Translations under genes and position numbers: made by a program
Notes under the pieces: model-generated
Seen by the model: only the letters and a program-made list of their open reading frames with translations
Database searches by the model: none
Told to the model about the DNA's origin: nothing
In this document: piece by piece, positions 16,805 to 25,258 of the stretch
Position numbering within the stretch: the stretch's first letter is position 1
How the letters are laid out: each line of letters starts with the position of its first letter
From: an uncultured bacterium
Lineage (GTDB): Bacteria > Chloroflexota > UBA5177 > JANWHV01
DNA: 64,000 nt
Reading direction: 5' to 3'
Assembly: GCA_963729625.1 (NCBI GenBank)
Contig: CAVSOU010000014.1
Span: 5,096-69,095 of the forward strand

Positions 16805-18790
16805 ATGTCATCTTTTCGGGAACTAAGTACTGGTGGGTTCCGGTACCTGCTGCTCGTGCTCCTGCTCGGGATGGTCGCGCCACTCTTCCCAGGTAAAGCG
16901 AGGGCGACACCAGCCAGCGACGTGGACACGCCCGTAATGCTCCCCGACTCCACATGTACCGGCGCACTGAGTTCTGGGATGCTGTTCCTCATTCCCGGTA
17001 ACTTCAACCAATTCCCCTCGGGGACTGGCACCGTGTGCGCGGATGTCTCCACCTTCGGCCTCGCCGCCGCGGCAGTTGGGGTAGTGATTTACAGCAGCGC
17101 TGGGCAGGTGGTGTACCGAACGCCGCCAGGCTCGACCGCCACAGGATATCTCGACTTCGGCGGGGGCGCGTACGACGTGATGTTTACCGGGCTCTGCTAC
17201 CAAAACGCGTGCAATACTATCTGGCCGGACGGTGGGTATCTAACTGACGTCCTCCTCAATGGCACAGTCGCATCGACGGTCAACTGGACAGTAGGGACCG
17301 CCACACCGCCACCAGCACCGACGGACACGGGCACCAGCACGCCACTCCCGACCGCAACCTTTACCCCGGTGCCGCCGACCGCGACGCCGCTACCACCTAC
17401 CAGCACGCCGCCACCGCCGACCGCGACGCCGGTGCCCACTGTTCCGCTCCCCTCGGTCAGCACTGCGGCAACCACGGCGTACTTCGCCCACGGGAACACC
17501 GGCACCGCCAAGGTGAACGGCAAGGTGACCTTCACCGAACGCCTGTACTTGTACAATCCCGAAGCAACGCCCTCGAATGTGACCATCGCCTACGCGGTGT
17601 ACAATCCGGCAACCCAAGCCCGTACCACGCTCACAAAGCATCAAACGGTCGTGCCTGGTACGACGGTGTCGCGCCTGGTGAACCTGGATACTGGCAATGA
17701 CCGGATGGTAAGCGCCACGGTGATCGCCCCGGCGGGCATTGTGGCCGAAGAAGTCATCAGCCGTACCCGCGCCGACGGCACGGTTCTGGACTCCGACAGC
17801 AGTCTGGGCTGCGCTCGACTGTCCACGAGCTGGAATCTGGCCGAAGGCAATACCGGCGGCAGCATGGACGAGGACCTTACCCTGTATGACCCGGGTGATA
17901 GCCCCGCCCTCGCCCAGGTCCGCTACGCAGCCGGCACTGCCGCTTCCGTTCCTGTGCCTGCACACGGCCAAGTTACGCTCAACGTCGGCAAGCACCTGGG
18001 GCCTCTGGCAGCGAAGAGCGTTGCTGTGCAGGTCAGTTCGGACGTCGCCATTGCGGTCGATCAGGCGATGTATTGGGGCGACGGCAGCGGAATGGCAAAG
18101 TACGGCTACTCCCTCTCTCCAGCGATTGCGCTGGGCATGCAGAGCCAGTACTTCGCCCTGCTGCCTACGTCTGGCGGCTCGCAGTCGTTCGTTACCGTGC
18201 TGAACCCAAACGCGGGCAAGGTGCGTGTGACGCTAAGCGTATTCAACACCGTGGGCGCCACCCTCCGGACCGTGTCCGTAACGGTGGCCGGCCACGCCCA
18301 CACAGCATTCGCCGTATCGAGCCTGGTGTCCGGCGAACCCGGCTATGTCTCGGCAGGACTGGTGAGCACCCCGGCTGCAGTGGTGGCCGAAGCGAGCGTA
18401 TACTTCGGCGGCGCGCCAAACATCGGGCGCCGTCCCGGGCTGGTCATCCAGGGGAGTGCAGGTGCGCAGGTCGGCGCCCGTGCCGACGTCGACGCGCGCG
18501 GCGGTCAGCTGGGCATCTTCAATCCCAGCGCAAGTCCTGCACGTGTGCAGGTGCTCCTCGGCAGCAGCGTGGTCCGTGACTCGACGGTACCCGCGAACGC
18601 CACCGAAGTGATCCAGAATCCAGGCCGCAAGGAGTGCCCGCGGCGTGACGGTCTTGGCCAGCACGAATGTCACTGCCACGCTGATCAACGGAGGGCTTGG
18701 ACAGGTGCGCGCGTGGGGCGGTGTCGTGGGGTCCTCGTTGGTCTCTCCTGCAGTGACAGCCATGTCGACAGCAACGTTACCGCCTGCTAG
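16805..18790 (+). CDS. Secreted modular protein P3, N-terminal part: signal peptide, Cys-containing domain, PT linker, four ~100-aa beta-sandwich-like modules. The reading frame appears to break near 18612-18645.
   Basis: ATG 16805 follows GGGAG. The signal peptide reads MSSFRELSTGGFRYLLLVLLLGMVAPLFPGKARA. The modules end in ...IVAEEVI / ...AIAVDQAMYW / ...AVVAEASVYF. The last ~55 aa of this ORF are Arg/Cys-rich and look out of frame. Confidence 0.7.
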   Translation: MSSFRELSTGGFRYLLLVLLLGMVAPLFPGKARATPASDVDTPVMLPDSTCTGALSSGMLFLIPGNFNQFPSGTGTVCADVSTFGLAAAAVGVVIYSSAGQVVYRTPPGSTATGYLDFGGGAYDVMFTGLCYQNACNTIWPDGGYLTDVLLNGTVASTVNWTVGTATPPPAPTDTGTSTPLPTATFTPVPPTATPLPPTSTPPPPTATPVPTVPLPSVSTAATTAYFAHGNTGTAKVNGKVTFTERLYLYNPEATPSNVTIAYAVYNPATQARTTLTKHQTVVPGTTVSRLVNLDTGNDRMVSATVIAPAGIVAEEVISRTRADGTVLDSDSSLGCARLSTSWNLAEGNTGGSMDEDLTLYDPGDSPALAQVRYAAGTAASVPVPAHGQVTLNVGKHLGPLAAKSVAVQVSSDVAIAVDQAMYWGDGSGMAKYGYSLSPAIALGMQSQYFALLPTSGGSQSFVTVLNPNAGKVRVTLSVFNTVGATLRTVSVTVAGHAHTAFAVSSLVSGEPGYVSAGLVSTPAAVVAEASVYFGGAPNIGRRPGLVIQGSAGAQVGARADVDARGGQLGIFNPSASPARVQVLLGSSVVRDSTVPANATEVIQNPGRKECPRRDGLGQHECHCHADQRRAWTGARVGRCRGVLVGLSCSDSHVDSNVTAC

Positions 18791-19814
18791 CGGCACAGCT
18801 CAAGCACATGCGACTGTGACCGCGACGGCATCTGCGTTGGTCGTGGGGACGCCGACTGCCTCCGCCATCGCCACCGCCACCATTTCCGCGCCCACCTCGA
18901 TCGCCATGCCCAGTGCGACCGTCATGCCCACGGCCGGGGGCGCGTTCACGTGGACCGCTCGACAGTCGGGTACCAGCGCCTTGCTGAATGGCGTCGCCTG
19001 CCCAAGCGCCAACGCGTGCCTGGCCGTCGGCGACTCAAGCACCATCGTGAGCAGCTCGGACGTCGGCGCAACCTGGAGCAGCCGTCAGTACGGGACCAAC
19101 AACTACTTTGATGCCGTCACTTGCATCAGCAGCACTACGTGCCTCGTTGTGGGCGAGTACGGCACCATTCTGGCCAGCACCGACGGTGGGGCCACTTGGA
19201 GCAGCCGGCAGTCAGGCACCAACGACTGGCTGGCTGCCGTCACCTGCGCTACACCCAGCACCTGCGTGAGCGTGGGCGAGCCGGGTACTATCGTGGTTAG
19301 CGCCGACGGCGGCGCGACCTGGTCCAGCCGGCAATCCGGTACCATGCTCCCGCTGTGGGGCGTTGCCTGTCCGAGCGCCTCGACCTGCCTGGCCGTGGGC
19401 CAATCGGGCACGATCCTGGCCAGCACGGATGGCGGCGTCACCTGGACTGCCCGGCAGTCCGGTACCAGCAAGCACCTTGGTGCCGTCACCTGCGCAAGTG
19501 GCACAGCGTGCTTAGCGGTGGGCCAATCGGGCACTATCCTGGCGACCACCGACGGCGGCGCTACCTGGACCAGTCGGCAGTCCAATTCTGACTCTGACCT
19601 CTTCGGGGTCACTTGCCCAAGCACCAGCACGTGCCTGGCCGTGGGCACCCAGGGCACCATCCTGGCCAGCACGGACGGCGGTGTCACGTGGAGTAGCCGG
19701 CAGTCCGGCACCAGCATCCAATTCAACGCCGTTGCGTGCGCAAGCGGTGCTGCCTGCCAGGCTGTGGGGGACTCCGGCACCATCGAGTCCACTGTCCAAA
19801 CTGCCACTATCTAG
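18645..19814 (+). CDS. P3 C-terminal part: end of module 4, Thr/Ala linker, seven-bladed BNR/Ycf48-like beta-propeller
   Basis: The ORF begins with sequence that completes module 4 (GVTVLASTNVTATLINGGLGQVRAW). It then carries seven 41-aa repeats with S-x-D-G-G-x-T-W (BNR/Asp-box) motifs. AAGGAG lies 10 nt upstream of GTG 18645, so an independent start is also possible. Confidence 0.7.
   Translation: MTVLASTNVTATLINGGLGQVRAWGGVVGSSLVSPAVTAMSTATLPPASGTAQAHATVTATASALVVGTPTASAIATATISAPTSIAMPSATVMPTAGGAFTWTARQSGTSALLNGVACPSANACLAVGDSSTIVSSSDVGATWSSRQYGTNNYFDAVTCISSTTCLVVGEYGTILASTDGGATWSSRQSGTNDWLAAVTCATPSTCVSVGEPGTIVVSADGGATWSSRQSGTMLPLWGVACPSASTCLAVGQSGTILASTDGGVTWTARQSGTSKHLGAVTCASGTACLAVGQSGTILATTDGGATWTSRQSNSDSDLFGVTCPSTSTCLAVGTQGTILASTDGGVTWSSRQSGTSIQFNAVACASGAACQAVGDSGTIESTVQTATI
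18945..19811 (+). repeat. Seven tandem 123-bp (41-aa) BNR-type repeats, each with two conserved Cys
   Basis: The unit is W-[ST]-[SA]-RQSGT-x5-V-x-C-x5-C-x-AVG-x-x-GTI-x-x-S-x-DGG-x-T, read in the translation. Confidence 0.8.
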
Positions 19815-20161
19815 CAGGGAGCATTGGGGGTAGAGAGATATTGCACACGCGTCGGAGGCTCAAGCGAGCCAGCAATCTTTTGCCGGCGCTAGACTCAGCG
19901 CCGGTCCCGGGCACGCGGCTGCTGGCCGGGTGGGCGGGCGGTTGTGCAACCTGCTTTGGCCCCAACACTATCCAGCAGCGAGAGGCAGATCGTTATGAAT
20001 ATGCAGGTACTGCCGGCCAATGTGAGCGAAGAACATCGAGCGCCTAGCGCAGACCTCCGAAACGGTTGTCTGCCTCGCAACCAGCGATTGCTCACGCGAC
20101 TCGATTCCTTCTTCCTGACTGAAATAGCTCTGAAGCGCCATGAAGGTGAAAGGAGTTCCCC

Positions 20162-22786
20162 GTGCGTTGCGTAGTTGCTGTGTTCCTGTTGATCCTCGTA
20201 CTACCGGCGCCGCTGGCCGCTGTGGCCGCGTCCCCGGCGTCACGTCGCCCGACACTGTCCGCATTGCCGGCTCGTCAATCTGTCGTACGCGACGCTTTGA
20301 ACACGCCAGCGACGTCGGCGCCACACCCCGGGGAATCCCAACCCGTGCTTGAGGTCGCAGCGACCGCCGCCATCGCAGCCGCCGTGACCGTCATGCCGGC
20401 CGCCAACGCTTCGCCGGGTACGCAGCCCACGCCGCAGGATCGCTACGCCACCATCGATGATCCGGCCGGAGTGCAGGGCAGCGACGCCTATGGCATCAAC
20501 CCGCAGGGGGACATCGCAGGGTCCTACCTCGATGGCGCCCGTATCGCTCACGGGTTCCTGCTGCACCAGGGTAGCTACTCTCCCATCGATGATCCGAACG
20601 GCGTGCAAGGCACCCAGGCCATCGGCATCAACCCGCAGGGAGACATCGTAGGGGACGATACCGATAGCGCCGGCACCAAGCACGGGTTCCTGCTGCACGA
20701 GGGGACCTACACCACCATCGATGATCCGAGCGGCGTGCAGGGCACCCAGGCCTTTGGCATCAATCCGCAAGGGGATATCGTGGGGGAGTATACCGATGGC
20801 GCAGGCATGGGCCACGGGTTCCTGCTGCACCAGGGGACCTACACCACCATCGATGATCCCAATCGCGTGCAGGGCACCCAGGCCTTTGGCATCAATCCGC
20901 AAGGGGATATCGTGGGGGAGTATACCGATGGCGCCGGCATCTGGCACGGGTTCCTGCTGCACCAGGGCACCTATACCACCATCGATGATCCGAGCGGCGT
21001 GCAGAGCACCTTGGCTTCGGGCATCAACCCGCAGGGGGACATTGTGGGGGCCTACGCAGATGGCACCGGACTCTACCACGGGTTCTTGCTGCACGACGGC
21101 ACGTACACCACCATCGACGATCCCAAGGGCGTCCAAGGCACTCAGGCCTTTAGCATCGACCCGCAGGGAGATATCGCGGGCTCCTACCTCGATAGCGTCC
21201 ACACCCTGCATGCCTTCATGCTGAGCACGGTCAATATGGTCCAGGTCCAGGTCCAGCAGACGCCTACCCCGGCGGCTTCTCAACCCAGTCTTCAGGTCAC
21301 CGCTCCCGCAGCCACCACAGCCACCATGACTGTCACGCCGACGGCCACCGTCACGCCGACGGCCACTGTTACGCCGACGGGTCCGTACAGCACCATCGAT
21401 GATCCCAAAGGCGTGAAGGGCAGCGATGTCTACGCCATCAACCCGCAGGGGGACATTGTGGGGTACTACGCCGATAAAGCCGGCATTAACCACGGGTTCC
21501 TGCGGCACCAGGGCACCTTCAGCACCGTCGATGATCCGAAGGGAGTGCGGGGCACGCAGGCCCTGGGCATCAATCCGCAGGGGGATGTCGTGGGCGAGTA
21601 CTACGATGTATCAGGCGCCTACCACGGGTTCCTGCGCCACCGGGGCAAGTACACCACCGTCGACGATCCCAGCGGCGTGCAGGGCACGCAAGCAGTCGGA
21701 ATCAACCCGCAGGAGGACATCGTGGGGGCATACCACGCTGCCGACAGCGCGTACCACGGATTTCTGCTGCACCACGGACAGTACACCACCATCGACGATC
21801 CGAACGGCGTGCTCGGCAGCTGGGCCTTCGGCATCAACGCGCAAGGCGACATCGTGGGCGTGTACTACGATTTGTTCGGCAGCTACCACGGCTTCCTCCG
21901 GCACCAGGGGCGCTACACCACCATCGACGATCCGAAGGGCGCACAGGGCACCTGGGCGGAAGGCATCAACACGCTGGGGGATATCGTGGGGAACTACGTC
22001 GATAGTGCCGGCGCCAGGCATGGGTTCCTGCTACACCGGGGCCGCTACACCACCGTCGATAATCCGAACGGCGTACGGGGCTCCGAGAACGTTGGCGTCA
22101 ACCCGCAGGGGGATATCGTGGGGGACTACATCGATAGCGCCGACATCGAGCACGGGTTCCTGCGGCATGCGGTCGCCGCTGCTGCTAGCCCCAAAGCCGC
22201 CCTGACAGTCACGCCGACACCTACCGCTTCGCCAAGTGCCACCGAGACGAACACCCCTGCGGTGAGTCCCACCGTCGCTCCGTCCGCTACGCCAAGCGTG
22301 CCGCCGAGCCCGACCGCAACCGCTACCGCGACGGTTTCCCCGCCGGCGAGCAACTTTAGCGGCGCGGGCTTCGACGCGACAGTACCCAGCGGCTGGACCT
22401 CTGCGCCTGCATCCGGCGGCTTCACAGCCTTCTCAAGCGCGAACGGTGACGCCGTTGTCGGAGTGGAGGTGCGAGCGGTACCTAGCGGATTCGCACCGGC
22501 TGACATCCCGGCACTGATCACTAACTCGGCACTGCAATCGAGCCAGCAGGCGGGTTTCCAGATCACCGTTACCAATATGCAGGCGGTCACAATAGGCTCT
22601 CTGAACGGTTACTCAGCAACGGGCACCCCCTCGGACGGGTCAGTGACCTTTCGGTTCTACATTGTGACCGACGGCGTGCACTTGCTTATCGTCCAAAGCA
22701 ATTCTATGCCGTCCACGCTGCCGGCCGACATTCAACAGGCCGCCCAGCTTTTAGCTTCGATCACGCTGACTTCCGGGGCCGTGTAG
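20162..22786 (+). CDS. Secreted modular protein P4: signal peptide, two arrays of six 44-aa HAF-like repeats separated by a PT linker, then a PT linker and the shared C-terminal module
   Basis: GTG 20162 follows AAAGGAG. About 42 nt of upstream and start region resemble the P2 start. The signal peptide reads MRCVVAVFLLILVLPAPLAAVAA. One repeat ends in the literal HAF motif (TLHAFML). The C-terminal block GFDATVPSGW is homologous to that of P2. Confidence 0.85.
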   Translation: MRCVVAVFLLILVLPAPLAAVAASPASRRPTLSALPARQSVVRDALNTPATSAPHPGESQPVLEVAATAAIAAAVTVMPAANASPGTQPTPQDRYATIDDPAGVQGSDAYGINPQGDIAGSYLDGARIAHGFLLHQGSYSPIDDPNGVQGTQAIGINPQGDIVGDDTDSAGTKHGFLLHEGTYTTIDDPSGVQGTQAFGINPQGDIVGEYTDGAGMGHGFLLHQGTYTTIDDPNRVQGTQAFGINPQGDIVGEYTDGAGIWHGFLLHQGTYTTIDDPSGVQSTLASGINPQGDIVGAYADGTGLYHGFLLHDGTYTTIDDPKGVQGTQAFSIDPQGDIAGSYLDSVHTLHAFMLSTVNMVQVQVQQTPTPAASQPSLQVTAPAATTATMTVTPTATVTPTATVTPTGPYSTIDDPKGVKGSDVYAINPQGDIVGYYADKAGINHGFLRHQGTFSTVDDPKGVRGTQALGINPQGDVVGEYYDVSGAYHGFLRHRGKYTTVDDPSGVQGTQAVGINPQEDIVGAYHAADSAYHGFLLHHGQYTTIDDPNGVLGSWAFGINAQGDIVGVYYDLFGSYHGFLRHQGRYTTIDDPKGAQGTWAEGINTLGDIVGNYVDSAGARHGFLLHRGRYTTVDNPNGVRGSENVGVNPQGDIVGDYIDSADIEHGFLRHAVAAAASPKAALTVTPTPTASPSATETNTPAVSPTVAPSATPSVPPSPTATATATVSPPASNFSGAGFDATVPSGWTSAPASGGFTAFSSANGDAVVGVEVRAVPSGFAPADIPALITNSALQSSQQAGFQITVTNMQAVTIGSLNGYSATGTPSDGSVTFRFYIVTDGVHLLIVQSNSMPSTLPADIQQAAQLLASITLTSGAV
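20444..21224 (+). repeat. HAF-like repeat array 1 of P4 (six 132-bp units; units at 20701 and 20833 are about 93% identical in DNA)
   Basis: A direct 132-bp periodicity is present. GGGGACCTACACCACCATCGATGATCC recurs at 20701 and 20833. Confidence 0.85.
21380..22168 (+). repeat. HAF-like repeat array 2 of P4 (six 132-bp units)
   Basis: The periodicity was read in the translation (GFLRH / GFLLH every 44 aa). Confidence 0.8.
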
Positions 22787-23411
22787 GCCCGGTCCTAGAT
22801 TGCCGGGTTGCCGGTGGGTATCCTGCAGATTTCCGTATCTCTCCCGGAAGAGCGCGATCACCGGGCGGAGCAGGGTTGTGCTGCCCGGACAGTGCCACCG
22901 GAGAGGGTCGGCTGAATTGCGCGCAGGTCGCCGGAGATGTGATGGACACTCGTTGCCGCGCGGGCCAACCCGCGACCGTAGCATTTCGGCCATCAGCGAG
23001 TGAGCTATGGTCAGTGCCGTCTTGGTGCCAGAGCGAAGGCACGCCACATCAGGGAACCCGCGGTAAGCACCCTGACGTGACGCCGGCCGCCCCAACCGGT
23101 GACGCCGCACGCTGTCAGAGAGCCACGCGTGCGTTCAACAGCCTAGAAGGCTTGCTGGGGGTCGTCAACGGACAGTGCGGCAAAGCTGGTGAAGCCGGCT
23201 TCACTGGCCAATTGGCGTGCTCTGTCCGGGCCTACACTGCTCGAGGCCGTAGCGGTAGGGGTCGCGCACGTGCAGGTCCGACAGGCGCAGCTCGCGCATG
23301 TGCAGCAGCCAAGTGGTGGCGATGCCGCTGGTGGGCATGGCGGCGTCGTCGGCCGCTTGGTTGAGGATCTGCCACAGGTTGAGCGTGCTTCGTCAGCGAA
23401 GATGAAGCATA

Positions 23412-23449
23412 TTGCGTGATGCGCAACGAATTTGCGTATGAGGCAATAT
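23412..23449. promoter_or_regulatory. Nested dyad symmetry upstream of the IclR gene (TTGCG-TGATG-CGCAA; ATATTGC...GCAATAT)
   Basis: Read directly, 30-70 nt upstream of the IclR-family ORF. A direct TTGCGT repeat occurs at 23412 and 23432. Confidence 0.3.
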
Positions 23450-23478
23450 TCGCTTGACTGTACGGTTTTCCGCGTGCT

Positions 23479-24315
23479 ATGGTCACCAGTATTGTTCGAG
23501 CGATAGCGACGAACGGCGGACGAGGACCAGAGGTGATCAACTCGTTAGCTCGCGGTCTCGAAACGCTGCGAATCTTGGCCAAAGCTGATGGGCCGCTGGG
23601 CGTCAGCGACCTCGCCGCGAGGTTGGCGGTCGATCCCAGCTCGAGCTACCGCATTCTCGCTACGCTCGAGCGCTACGGCTTTGTGGCCCAGGAGCTGCGC
23701 GGGAAAAAGTACTCGCTTGGCTTCGAGCCTCTGATGCTGGCAGACGCCGTGCTCCGGCGCCTTGACGTGGTTTCGCTTTCGAGACGACACCTCGTCGATC
23801 TCGTCGCGCGCACCGGAGAGAGCGGGCACCTCGCCGTCTTGAGCGGCGCGAACGCCGTATTCGTGGGCCGCGAGACCGCCGTCGCGATGCTGCGCGTGGA
23901 GACAACCGTGGGAACCTCCGAGCCGGCGCATTGCACTGCGGTTGGGAAGGCGCTCCTGTTCGACTTCAGCGCTCCGGAGCTTCGAGAACTCTTCGGCGGC
24001 GCCGCACTGCCACGTTTCACGGATCAGACGATCACGTCGGTGGATGAGCTGATGGATGACCTCGCCCGGTCGCGTCCCCGTGGTTACGCGTACGACGACC
24101 AAGAGCTCCATGCGGGCGTGCGCTGCCTCGCGGCGCCATTGCGCACGCACCAGGGAAAGATCTTAGCGGCACTCGGGATCTCCGGCCCCAGTGCTCGCTT
24201 GACGCGCGAGCGAACGCCCGAGCTGGCGGCAGTAGTCTGCGAGGTCGCGGTAGAGCTTTCGGTGGAGCTGGGGGCGCCGCGGCCCTACGTCGAGGCCGGA
24301 TGCGCGTTAACGTGA
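23479..24315 (+). CDS. IclR-family transcriptional regulator
   Basis: The N-terminal wHTH reads SLARGLETLRILAKADGPLGVSDLAARLAVDPSSSYRILATLERYGFV. The C-terminal effector domain follows (...GISGPSARL...). The start codon is uncertain. Confidence 0.85.
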   Translation: MVTSIVRAIATNGGRGPEVINSLARGLETLRILAKADGPLGVSDLAARLAVDPSSSYRILATLERYGFVAQELRGKKYSLGFEPLMLADAVLRRLDVVSLSRRHLVDLVARTGESGHLAVLSGANAVFVGRETAVAMLRVETTVGTSEPAHCTAVGKALLFDFSAPELRELFGGAALPRFTDQTITSVDELMDDLARSRPRGYAYDDQELHAGVRCLAAPLRTHQGKILAALGISGPSARLTRERTPELAAVVCEVAVELSVELGAPRPYVEAGCALT

Positions 24316-24430
24316 CTCACGCGGCAATTGGAGGATCAGTCATGTCAGTTCGACGTCCGCGGGCGCTTGGCGACCGCGTCCGTCACTTTGCGGGCTAGGA
24401 TCTGAACGCGGCCAGGAGAGGGGGGTTAAC

Positions 24431-25258
24431 GTGAACATGAGTGGGAGCGTCGGTGCGGGCCTTCGCGTAGAAGGAGCGCGGGTGGCCCAGGGTACGGTGG
24501 TGAAGCTATCGCGGAACGACAGCGTACTGCACAACATCGGATTCGAAGCGGTGCGCTTTCGGGAGGGCGGCCGCCATGCCGGCGACACGGGATCGGATGA
24601 GGTCGCTCTCGTGATCGTCTCAGGAATAGTGACCGTCAGTACTGGAAGCTCGACCTGGTCGAGAATCGGCGAGCGACTCGATCCATTCTCCGGCAGCCCG
24701 TTTGCCGTCTACGTCCCGGCCGAACAGCATTACGAGATCCTTGCGCACGCCGACGCCGAGATTGGCATCTGCGCGGCGCCCGCTCGCGAGGCCATTCCTG
24801 CCCGGCTGATCGAGCCACGCGACGTGTCCTCGAACACGCGTGGCGCCGGCCAGGCATCGCGCACCATCAACAACATCCTCATGGAAGGCGCGCGCGCGTC
24901 GTCGTTGCTGGTGACGGAGGTACAGAGTCCGGCGGGCAACTGGTCGAGCTACCCGCCCCATAAGCACGACGTCGACAATCTGCCTGGAGAATCGCAGCTC
25001 GAGGAAACGTACTATTTTCGCATCAAGCCGGCGCAGGGATTCGCGTTCCAGCGCGTGTACACCGGCGACGGCGAACTTGATGAGACCGTCACTGTGCACG
25101 ACGGCGATCTCGTTCGCGTCCCGCGCGGATATCACGTTGTGGCAGCAGCAGCAGAGTACCAGGTGTACTATCTCAACGTGTTGGCAGGGCAGCATCGCGC
25201 GCTACGCATCAACTTTGATCCCGAGCACAAATGGATTATGGAGGGGTGGACGTGGTGA
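24431..25258 (+). CDS. iolB: 5-deoxy-glucuronate isomerase
   Basis: Cupin-type sequence with SYPPHKHD...EETYYFR..., about 275 aa, immediately upstream of iolD. Confidence 0.8.
   Translation: MNMSGSVGAGLRVEGARVAQGTVVKLSRNDSVLHNIGFEAVRFREGGRHAGDTGSDEVALVIVSGIVTVSTGSSTWSRIGERLDPFSGSPFAVYVPAEQHYEILAHADAEIGICAAPAREAIPARLIEPRDVSSNTRGAGQASRTINNILMEGARASSLLVTEVQSPAGNWSSYPPHKHDVDNLPGESQLEETYYFRIKPAQGFAFQRVYTGDGELDETVTVHDGDLVRVPRGYHVVAAAAEYQVYYLNVLAGQHRALRINFDPEHKWIMEGWTW

Noticed and set aside
20444-22168. A regular 132-bp periodic repeat (and 123-bp repeats at 18945-19811) that could superficially suggest a CRISPR-like or satellite array.
   Set aside because: The repeats are contiguous with no unique spacers, are in frame, and encode a conserved 44-aa (or 41-aa) protein repeat inside long ORFs. 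No cas genes are present.
22800-23400. A minus-strand fragment ...LNLWQILNQAADDAAMPTSGIATTWLLHMRELRLSDLHVRDPYRYGLEQ..., considered as a transposase/IS remnant or an AraC-type regulator C-terminus.
   Set aside because: It could not be matched to any family signature by eye. No terminal inverted repeats or DDE motifs were seen. It is reported only as unassigned debris.
23453-23484. A sigma70-like promoter TTGACT-N18-TATGGT upstream of the IclR gene.
   Set aside because: The putative -10 hexamer contains the ATG (23479) used as the ORF start. Promoter and start codon therefore cannot both be correct, and there is no way to decide from sequence alone.
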